64,000 nucleotides of DNA from a virus, in the IMG/VR virus record IMGVR_UViG_3300031974_003701, positions 2,585-66,584 of that record. One strand, given 5' to 3'. Every line of letters starts with the position of its first letter. Position 1 is the stretch's first letter. Made by a program: the position numbers and the translations under genes. This document shows positions 37,018-44,631 of the stretch, piece by piece. Below the pieces are notes generated by a model that worked only from the letters and a program-made list of their open reading frames with translations, was not told the DNA's origin and did no database searches.

Positions 37018-37206
37018 TTAAGCCATAAATATAAATTTACGTTTAGTACAGAAGAAATATTCCTCTGTAGGTACATATCCACAGATAACATCTGTGAACA
37101 TATCTTCAATAAGACTTAAAGATATTTCTGTATGTACAGACTTAATTTCTGGAAAATCTTGAGCAATACATTCAATCATTTCTTCTCTTGTTGGTTCATT
37201 AGACAT
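37018..37206 (-). CDS. Small early protein, paralog family member 1
   Basis: SD AAGGAG; TREEMIECIA...FFCTK similar to 38538-38735. Confidence 0.65.
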   Translation of the reverse strand: MSNEPTREEMIECIAQDFPEIKSVHTEISLSLIEDMFTDVICGYVPTEEYFFCTKRKFIFMA

Positions 37207-37440
37207 AACTTTACTCCTTTTTATTAAAGCTTTTTTACGTTTTAAATATATTAAATCATGAGGACTTGGATATCAGTATCTCCATTTTTGAGATGTATTA
37301 CATCTCCAATGTCAAATTGCATAATTCATCCTTTATGTAATTTTCAATAATAAATATGTTAAATAACATAATGTTGGAAAGCTTACTAAGAATGAACCAT
37401 AATAAGCTGATAATTTAATACATTCTATGTTAGTCATTAT

Positions 37441-37653
37441 TTAATCCTTGTTTAATTGTATGAATGCTTTAATGCTTAAAGAAATTTTAAGTAATTTCTT
37501 TAAATGAATATGTACTTCATATTCATTTGGTTCGGCTAAATGAAATTGTAGTGCATGAATATATTCTTCAATTTTATCTACACTTTCATGTACATAGCAA
37601 TTAATTACCATTCTTGACTCAGTTGCTAATATTAATTTATTATATATTTTCAT
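37441..37653 (-). CDS. Hypothetical early protein
   Basis: 70-aa ORF on the coding strand. Confidence 0.5.
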   Translation of the reverse strand: MKIYNKLILATESRMVINCYVHESVDKIEEYIHALQFHLAEPNEYEVHIHLKKLLKISLSIKAFIQLNKD

Positions 37654-37654
37654 A

Positions 37655-37990
37655 CTATTCTTTTTTAATTTTAGGTATAAATTTTAAATCTTTTTGTAAT
37701 GGAAATCTTCTATTACTTAGTTTAATTGGTTTGTATAAACTTATGTCAGCTAATTTTACATTAGTGAGTTCATCACGAAAATTCCCTATATTTATAATTG
37801 TGAAAGCAGAGTACATTGTAGATTTCGGATGATTTTTTGTTGTTAAAATACCTGCTAGATAAAAATAATCTTTTTCATTATATGAATTAAACTTACTGTA
37901 TGGATTATTAAGACAGTTTAATCTTTTTGAATAATACCCATAAATTCTAAAAACTTTATTAGGGTATTTTTTATGTGTTACTAATATCAT
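37655..37990 (-). CDS. Hypothetical basic early protein
   Basis: 111-aa ORF on the coding strand. Confidence 0.55.
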   Translation of the reverse strand: MILVTHKKYPNKVFRIYGYYSKRLNCLNNPYSKFNSYNEKDYFYLAGILTTKNHPKSTMYSAFTIINIGNFRDELTNVKLADISLYKPIKLSNRRFPLQKDLKFIPKIKKE

Positions 37991-38116
37991 CTTTTATTAT
38001 CTATTTTTATTGGATTATTAATTAATTCATTTACTGGATCTGGTTCAATATAACTAGTAGCAATAGTTAATGTTATAAAGATAGCTGTTATAGCTACATA
38101 ATCTAATATATTCATA

Positions 38117-38326
38117 TTAATGTACACTTTCTTTAATTGTTGTAGTTTTACATTCAGCTAAATACTCTCCTATATCAATACCAAATTCTGTAGATATATA
38201 GTTACTTAAATGAATGATTATCATTAGAATTTCATCACTAGATATAGTTTGTGATATGTTTGCTTGTATATGAATATCTTCTGTTATCTCATCAATAAAA
38301 GTTTCAATTATTGTCTTATTAGTCAT
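38117..38326 (-). CDS. Hypothetical early protein
   Basis: 69-aa ORF with SD AGGA. Confidence 0.55.
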   Translation of the reverse strand: MTNKTIIETFIDEITEDIHIQANISQTISSDEILMIIIHLSNYISTEFGIDIGEYLAECKTTTIKESVH

Positions 38327-38409
38327 AAATATCCTGAACTATCTGGAGTTAATCTTATTACAGCACAATTACTGAAATTGTACTGTTTTAATGGTAAATA
38401 TGATTACAG

Positions 38410-38541
38410 TTATTCTATTAGAGAATAGTAGTAATTTTCTAATTCTGTAAGTGTTAATTCTTTAAGTATAGTGAACCAATTTTCTTTAGTTATACTTGAA
38501 AGCTCATAACACATTTCTTCTGGTGATATATACTCATTCAT
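38410..38541 (-). CDS. Small early protein, 43 aa, paralog family member 3
   Basis: MNEYISPEEMCYELSSITKENWFTILKELTLTELENYYYSLIE*; ATGA coupling; LTLTELE vs LTYTELE in the neighbouring gene. Confidence 0.5.
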   Translation of the reverse strand: MNEYISPEEMCYELSSITKENWFTILKELTLTELENYYYSLIE

Positions 38542-38735
38542 GCTGCTAACAATTGGTTAGTTTTACTACAGAATGAGAAGTTTGGTAAGTCAGTGACTAA
38601 TAATTCATCTAACATAGTTTCTAATTCAGTATATGTTAGTTTATGTGAATAAGCTTTAATAGATGGTGTATATTTAGCTATTTCATCTATCATTTCATTG
38701 CGTGTAATACGAACAAATTCTTTTGTACTATACAT
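38538..38735 (-). CDS. Small early protein, paralog family member 2
   Basis: TRNEMIDEIA...LTYTELE...SFCSK. Confidence 0.6.
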   Translation of the reverse strand: MYSTKEFVRITRNEMIDEIAKYTPSIKAYSHKLTYTELETMLDELLVTDLPNFSFCSKTNQLLAA

Positions 38736-38822
38736 GGTTTTTAACTCATTTTTAGTGATAACATTGTTATGAATTATTAGACCAACTCATGTTGATCTAA
38801 TGGTTTATGTATATTGAAGTAA

Positions 38823-39173
38823 TTAGAATGAAAACTCATCTGTACTTACTTTAGACTTAACTTCCTCTTGCGATTTAGCATGCCTAATACTTACTACAAA
38901 GTTCTCTGAAATGGCTTCTTCACCTTCAGGAATAGTAGCAGCATGTTGTTGAACGAACTCTGTAAATGATTTATTACGTTGCATTTGTTCACCATATTCT
39001 GTGTCTAGTTTATTAGGAAGTTTAACTTCTAATTCATCTAGTGAAATACCTTTAGGTAAGTATGCAATAGAACCATCTTTCATTTTCATACCAACATTGA
39101 GCCAGAACTTAGTCTTTTCTTGTGGTTTAGATTTAGATGATGCTGTATTAATCATATCTTGAAATGTTGTCAT
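38823..39173 (-). CDS. N4 gp2-like ssDNA-binding activator of RNAP II
   Basis: K.KFWLNVG......LP.GISLD motif; second early gene, directly after a vRNAP promoter. Confidence 0.75.
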   Translation of the reverse strand: MTTFQDMINTASSKSKPQEKTKFWLNVGMKMKDGSIAYLPKGISLDELEVKLPNKLDTEYGEQMQRNKSFTEFVQQHAATIPEGEEAISENFVVSIRHAKSQEEVKSKVSTDEFSF

Positions 39174-39195
39174 ATTTAACTCCTATATTTTAATG

Positions 39196-39215
39196 ACCAC
39201 CACAGCGAAGCTGTG
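39196..39215 (-). promoter_or_regulatory. vRNAP hairpin promoter (template = + strand)
   Basis: CACAGC-GAA-GCTGTG hairpin with a 3-nt loop; N4 spacing puts +1 on a template C at about 39196, upstream of the gp2-like gene. Confidence 0.85.
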
Positions 39216-39454
39216 AATAAATGCAATGTATATGTAATGTAGAATGTAAGTAAATGTATGTACATGTTAGAATAAAGTAATAATAGAATATATGTAGATG
39301 TAATATATAAATAAAGACGTTAAAGATTAACTATGTTTTATAATATGTGTGAAGGTATGAATATGATTAAAGTGAGATTACAGAATTTAACTATCTTATA
39401 AGTGTGAGAGATTTGAAGTAAAAACTTAGTATATTACAATAGTGTGAATAATTT

Positions 39455-39482
39455 ATAACTAGAGACAATAATCTCTAGTTAT
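39455..39482 (-). terminator. Hairpin after the first early gene
   Basis: ATAACTAGAGA/TCTCTAGTTAT 11-bp inverted repeat. Confidence 0.55.
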
Positions 39483-39488
39483 GTTTAG

Positions 39489-39797
39489 TTAGAATTTGAA
39501 TAATTCTTCTACTGGTTTAGTATCAGATTCTTTTCTAGACTCAAATTCTTTAGCTTTAACTTGTAACTCATTAATACGATCAGCGTACTCTGATCTTAAT
39601 TCTGCTTCAACGATAGACTTAAATTCGTTACCTTTGAAGTAGTTCTTCTTAATATTAGTTACACTCTGTGCTTCTGCTAACATAGCCTCAGCATGACTGT
39701 CTAATGTAGATGCTGCATTGCTTAATACAGATGTAGATGCTGTGATAGTACCTAATACATCTTTAGACGTAGAGCTAATAGCTTTAAGTAGTGACAT
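39489..39797 (-). CDS. First early gene (N4 gp1-like)
   Basis: 102 aa with an Ala/Ser-rich amphipathic N-terminus; SD AGGAG; directly after the outermost vRNAP promoter. Confidence 0.7.
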   Translation of the reverse strand: MSLLKAISSTSKDVLGTITASTSVLSNAASTLDSHAEAMLAEAQSVTNIKKNYFKGNEFKSIVEAELRSEYADRINELQVKAKEFESRKESDTKPVEELFKF

Positions 39798-39822
39798 GGT
39801 TTATAAACTCCTATAGTAATTA

Positions 39823-39840
39823 CCGTCATAGCGAAGCTAT
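39823..39840 (-). promoter_or_regulatory. vRNAP hairpin promoter (template = + strand)
   Basis: ATAGC-GAA-GCTAT hairpin with the same AGCGAAGCT core and the same spacing to a template C as at 39201. Confidence 0.82.
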
Positions 39841-39848
39841 AGAAGTAT

Positions 39849-40110
39849 GGGGGGGGGTATCTTTCTAGTGTGAATAGTGTGGGTTATAGTATGCTATGAA
39901 ATTATGTCTATTATTTATAAAAATCACTAGAAAAAAAATTTTCATAAAGCTACATACATTATTTATAAATTTTTCATAATTTTTTTTCATAAACCATACT
40001 TATTATTTATAAAAATCACTTAGATTTTTTTTTATAAAGCTATCTATAAATATTATGAAAATTCTTATAGAAATTTCCATATAACTACTTACATTATTTG
40101 AGTAATCTCA
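39849..40110. repeat. Probable genome terminus region: G9 run and AT-rich direct repeats
   Basis: G run at 39849-39857; TATTATTTATAAAAATCACT at 39909-39928 and 40001-40020; several TT(C/T)ATAAA copies; non-coding; just outside the first early promoter. Confidence 0.55.
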
Positions 40111-40242
40111 TAAAAAATATAAAGACTATCATTAATAAAAAACTACCTTACTGGTAACGACAATAAGGTAGTAAGAGGTATTGGAATATAAAAATTACCT
40201 ATGGAAAGGTAAATACATTATAAGCATATTATATTCAACATG

Positions 40243-40506
40243 TCATTTATTTTTATCACATAAGCTATCAAAATAAGCACAGTAATATGGGTTAGTTACA
40301 ATTGGTTCAATTAACTTGTTTACATTAATAACATACATTGTTGATATTAAAAATACGCCTACAAAATTATATAAATTACCTATTGTATCTGAACCAAACA
40401 CTAACACTATTAGTGTGAGTACACAGCTTAATACAAGAAACATTTGGAATAGTGCAGTTATTACTAACACAGGAAATATTTTATTTAATTGGTTTTTTGT
40501 ATACAT
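40243..40506 (-). CDS. Two-TM membrane protein
   Basis: 87 aa with two hydrophobic helices. Confidence 0.6.
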   Translation of the reverse strand: MYTKNQLNKIFPVLVITALFQMFLVLSCVLTLIVLVFGSDTIGNLYNFVGVFLISTMYVINVNKLIEPIVTNPYYCAYFDSLCDKNK

Positions 40507-40521
40507 TATTTAACTTTATAT

Positions 40522-40553
40522 AAAAAAGACTCTATTAAATAAATAATAGAGTC
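40522..40553 (-). terminator. Intrinsic terminator
   Basis: GACTCTATTA/TAATAGAGTC stem with U6 on the - strand. Confidence 0.6.
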
Positions 40554-40652
40554 AGTCATTAACTTTTAAAAAGGAGGACTTACCCATACCTAAGGGGAAG
40601 TTATTTATATTAAAACATTATAATTAATCTAAGTCAATTCTTTCTGGTTTAC

Positions 40653-40856
40653 TTAATAATTATTTACAGTAGATAGTTGCTTTACTAACTTATTATAATC
40701 ATTTTCAGGTATTTTTATTGAACCACAGTAACCTTTACCATCCCATAAACCTTTTAATTGTAAAGCACATTTCCATTTAGTGTAGTTAATATGATCTGGT
40801 GGTATAGCAGATACTTTTTTATTTATTAACCTATTATAAATTTTTTTGAATACCAT
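40653..40856 (-). CDS. Hypothetical protein
   Basis: 67-aa ORF with SD GAGG. Confidence 0.5.
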   Translation of the reverse strand: MVFKKIYNRLINKKVSAIPPDHINYTKWKCALQLKGLWDGKGYCGSIKIPENDYNKLVKQLSTVNNY

Positions 40857-41302
40857 TTATTGTTTACCTCTACTTTTTTGACATTGTCTATTTGTTCTTT
40901 AATTTGTTTTAAATCTATAAAATAATTACCTATATCTGTAGGTATGTAAAGTGTGATATGCTTCCTATTGTCTGGTTCAGATAATACTAGATGACCTCCG
41001 TTATAACCTTGTTGTATAATTAATCTTCGTATAGTGAGTGCGAAATCTTCACAATCACCGTAAGATATGTCATCTGCTCTCTCAGTCCATATATCTGTTT
41101 TATGTTCTGGCTTAGCTTTTATATCTATCTGGTTTAGTAAATATAATAAGTCATTATAAGGTATTAGCTCATTACTGGTATTGTTAGTAATTTTAGTTGA
41201 TAAATAACCTTTAGGTGGCATTGCAGGTATTTTAAAAGAGTTTAAGTCTATAGATGCTATAGACTTAGTTGTTAACAGTAAAAATATTATTATAGTTTTC
41301 AT
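40826..41302 (-). CDS. Secreted transglutaminase-like cysteine protease (BTLCP/LapG-like)
   Basis: Signal-peptide-like N-terminus; D.W......GDCEDFA, H..L and ID match the Cys-His-Asp triad pattern of BTLCP. Confidence 0.75.
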   Translation of the reverse strand: MKTIIIFLLLTTKSIASIDLNSFKIPAMPPKGYLSTKITNNTSNELIPYNDLLYLLNQIDIKAKPEHKTDIWTERADDISYGDCEDFALTIRRLIIQQGYNGGHLVLSEPDNRKHITLYIPTDIGNYFIDLKQIKEQIDNVKKVEVNNKWYSKKFIIG

Positions 41303-41312
41303 TGGTTTATAT

Positions 41313-41555
41313 TTAGTTTTTTATATCCCACTCTAGTTGTAAGTAATATTTAATTTTAAAATTATACATATGTTGATCTAACATAATTTTTAGTTTTTTA
41401 GGCTCATCTTTACTTAACTCATAATCAGGTGTTTTGGCTTTAATTCCTGTGGAATAAAAAGGTCTTCCTTTATCATCAACACCATAAAATAAGTATGGTG
41501 TATTTGTTTCAATGTCATCTAATGACTCATATTTATTCATTTTACTTGGTTTCAT
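41313..41555 (-). CDS. Hypothetical protein
   Basis: 80-aa ORF with SD AGGTG. Confidence 0.55.
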   Translation of the reverse strand: MKPSKMNKYESLDDIETNTPYLFYGVDDKGRPFYSTGIKAKTPDYELSKDEPKKLKIMLDQHMYNFKIKYYLQLEWDIKN

Positions 41556-41633
41556 AATAACACCTAAATTAAATTTAACTTGTATAGACTACACTTTAAC
41601 TATTATTATAAGTTTGATAAAGGAAATAATGAC

Positions 41634-42317
41634 ATGAAAACAGAATTAATAACTACAGACTATGTTAAAAAATGTTTACCAAAAGGTAAAAACATTTCAA
41701 TAGACGATAATTTCACAAAAAAACTAAAAACTTTAACAGAAGATGTTGAAACAGCTAGTGTAATTAGAGATAATTTTTTTACATACACTTCTGTTCTTAA
41801 AGACGGTAAATTTAGTGCAGATGATTATTTAAGTGCTATTAAATACGTTACTTTTAAGTTAATGGGAGAAAATAATAGAAATAGTTATATAAGAACTTTT
41901 CCAGATAGATATGCACGTATTGTAGAATTAGATAAGAATGTAGATAATTATGCTAAAGCTTATAACTCTACAAAGTTAGTTAATAATATATTAGAGCAAG
42001 CTTTAATACCTAGTTGGTTATTAAACCAAGATAGTTATCAAAAAGCTATTAATGTTCAGTTAGAACTTATGCAAAACGCTAAATCAGACATGGTTAGGCA
42101 TAAAGCAGCAGATAGTATTATGAATCACCTTAAAAGACCAGAAGCACAAACAGTTGAGCTTAATTTAGGAGATACAGAGACAAATACTATTAATCAGCTA
42201 CAAGAAACACTAACTAAACTTGCTTCTCAACAAAAAGAGCTAATTAATTCTGGTTTAGACACTAAATCAATAGCTGAGCAAAATATTATAGATGTAACTC
42301 CAGCTAAGGATAATTAG
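41634..42317 (+). CDS. N4 gp69-like protein (putative terminase small subunit)
   Basis: RDNF..YTSVLKDGKF...DYL.A.KYV.FKLMG, TFPDRY, A.SDMVR..AADS.MNHLK.PE; precedes TerL; start placed at MKTELI with SD AAGGA. Confidence 0.8.
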   Translation: MKTELITTDYVKKCLPKGKNISIDDNFTKKLKTLTEDVETASVIRDNFFTYTSVLKDGKFSADDYLSAIKYVTFKLMGENNRNSYIRTFPDRYARIVELDKNVDNYAKAYNSTKLVNNILEQALIPSWLLNQDSYQKAINVQLELMQNAKSDMVRHKAADSIMNHLKRPEAQTVELNLGDTETNTINQLQETLTKLASQQKELINSGLDTKSIAEQNIIDVTPAKDN

Positions 42318-42318
42318 T

Positions 42319-43914
42319 ATGGATAAAGTACAACAATTACTTAAAACAGTAGATTATGTTAAACTAAACTCTAATGAGTATGTTCCAAGTGATTATGCAC
42401 TAAAGTTTATCAACTTTGTTAAATTAATGAACCAAAATGAGAGTAGTATTAATAAAACACCTGCTTTTCATTATAAAATGTTAGATGATGTTGGTTCTAA
42501 GAAACAATTAATAGCTAATCTTTGTTTCAGAGGTTCAGGCAAAACTACTCTAAAAAGCGAAATGAATGGTTTATATTTAGGCGCATTCCAACACATTGAC
42601 GGTTTTGGTGATGTTAATGGTTTTCTTTATATATCTGATAGTGTTGATAATGGTGTGAAAACTTTTAGAGAGAATATTGAACATAGGTACAATAATAATG
42701 ATTTTATTAAAACATTAATACCTAAAGCTAAATTTACCGAAAATAAAATTGAGTTTACCAATGCACAAGGTAAAAATTTTATGATCAGAATGTATGGTGC
42801 TAAATCTGGTGTACGTGGTGTTAAGATTTATGGTCAAAGACCTGTATTAGCTATTATTGATGATGTTATTCAGTCTGATGAAGATGCTAATTCACCTACT
42901 ATTCGCAGTAAAATTTCTAATATGTTAAATAAAGCAGTTAAACCTGCTCTTGATCCAACAAGACGTAAAATTATTATGAATGGTACTCCTTTTAATCAGG
43001 AAGATTTGGTTTATAAAGCTATTGAAAGTGGTGCATGGCATAGTAATGTTTACCCTGTTTGTGAAAAATTTCCTTGTTCTAAAGAAGAATTTAATGGTGC
43101 ATGGGAAGATAGATTTAGCTATGAATTTGTAAGACAAGAGTATGAAACAGCAAAGCAAGAAAAAAAATTAGACTCGTTTTATCAAGAATACATGCTTCAA
43201 ATTATGAGTGAAGAAGAAAGGTTAATTCCTGATGATTGTATTCAATGGTATGAGCGTAAATCTTTAATAAAATCTAAATCTAATTTTAATTTTTATATAA
43301 CTACTGATTTTGCTACTTCTGAAAAGCAATCTGCTGATTATAGTGTTATAAGTGTATGGGCTGTTAATAATAATGGTGATTATTACTGGGTTGACGGTAT
43401 TTGTAAACGTCAAACTATGGATAAAAACATTGAAGATTTATTTAGCTTGGTTCAAGCATATAGTCCTCAATCTGTTGGTATAGAAATTACAGGACAGCAA
43501 GGAGGATTTATTAATTGGATTAAATCTGAAATGATGAATAGAAATGTTTATTTTAATATTGCTAGAGAAAAAGGTAAAACAGCAGAAGGAATTAGACCAA
43601 GCATTAATAAATTAAGTAGATTTAATTTAGCTGTACCTTTATTTAAAGCAAATAAAATGTACTTTCCTAAAGAAATGGAAAATACTGATATAATGAATGA
43701 GTTTATTAATGAATTACGTATGGCTACTATTAATGGTTTAAAAGGTAAAGATGATTGTATAGATACTATATCTATGTTAATGTTTATGCATATAATTAAA
43801 CCAAGTGCTGTTACTTCACATTCCACTAGACAGAATAGTGAGTCTCCTTTTAGAATATATAATTATAGTGATGAAAATAGTTATAGTGAAATAGATTTAT
43901 ATAGTGTGAATTAA
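42319..43914 (+). CDS. terL: Terminase large subunit (N4 gp68-like)
   Basis: CFRGSGKTT, AIIDDV, GTPFN, ITTDFATSEK..ADYSVISVW, DDCIDTISML. Confidence 0.93.
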   Translation: MDKVQQLLKTVDYVKLNSNEYVPSDYALKFINFVKLMNQNESSINKTPAFHYKMLDDVGSKKQLIANLCFRGSGKTTLKSEMNGLYLGAFQHIDGFGDVNGFLYISDSVDNGVKTFRENIEHRYNNNDFIKTLIPKAKFTENKIEFTNAQGKNFMIRMYGAKSGVRGVKIYGQRPVLAIIDDVIQSDEDANSPTIRSKISNMLNKAVKPALDPTRRKIIMNGTPFNQEDLVYKAIESGAWHSNVYPVCEKFPCSKEEFNGAWEDRFSYEFVRQEYETAKQEKKLDSFYQEYMLQIMSEEERLIPDDCIQWYERKSLIKSKSNFNFYITTDFATSEKQSADYSVISVWAVNNNGDYYWVDGICKRQTMDKNIEDLFSLVQAYSPQSVGIEITGQQGGFINWIKSEMMNRNVYFNIAREKGKTAEGIRPSINKLSRFNLAVPLFKANKMYFPKEMENTDIMNEFINELRMATINGLKGKDDCIDTISMLMFMHIIKPSAVTSHSTRQNSESPFRIYNYSDENSYSEIDLYSVN

Positions 43915-44631
43915 ATGCAGATAAACTTAAATGATTTCTTAGAAGAACTTGTTTTAACAGAATTAGAAGGTACTGCTTTCTATGATGAAAATGAAATATA
44001 TTCTTCTGAGCCAACAAGACTTAATCAATTAATTTACTATATTAATAACTCTTTAACTTACTTACATACTCAATTACCTTTGTTGTATAAACAGTGTTTA
44101 ATCCAATTATATGAACCAGTTACTGAATACCCTTTAACAGATGAATATCGTGTGACTAATACTAGTTCTACACAACCTTATAAGTTCATATTAGATAGCG
44201 AAACTAATAACTTTTATCCCCATATTATACAAATATTAAATGTTATTACCGCAGCAGGTATTAAATTACCGATTAATGATTATAATCAATATGAATCTGT
44301 ATTTACTCTTTCATATAATACATTACAAATACCTCAATTTGGTTTAGAAAAAGATAGTATTTTAGCTGTTATATATAAAGCAGCACATGTACCTTTAACA
44401 ACAAGTGATATAGGTAATCAGACTATTGATATTCCTTATTGGTTGTTAGAAGTATTAAAATTACATATTGGTGCAAAAGTTCTAATGGGTAGAAATGGTG
44501 CTAATATAGCAGAAGCTAATGCTAAGTACCAAATGTACTTATTAAAGTTTAAAGAGTTACGTGACAGTGGCGTAATTCCAACGGAATACCAAGATACTAA
44601 TTTAAAAATTGAGATGAAAGGGTTTATTTAA
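43915..44631 (+). CDS. N4 gp67-like virion adaptor/structural protein
   Basis: Position after TerL; LPIND......VFT..Y..LQIP, VIYKA.H, C-terminal GF. Confidence 0.75.
   Translation: MQINLNDFLEELVLTELEGTAFYDENEIYSSEPTRLNQLIYYINNSLTYLHTQLPLLYKQCLIQLYEPVTEYPLTDEYRVTNTSSTQPYKFILDSETNNFYPHIIQILNVITAAGIKLPINDYNQYESVFTLSYNTLQIPQFGLEKDSILAVIYKAAHVPLTTSDIGNQTIDIPYWLLEVLKLHIGAKVLMGRNGANIAEANAKYQMYLLKFKELRDSGVIPTEYQDTNLKIEMKGFI

Noticed and set aside
39900-40110. CRISPR array
   Set aside because: Only two exact 20-nt copies with irregular low-complexity spacing, and no cas genes in the window.
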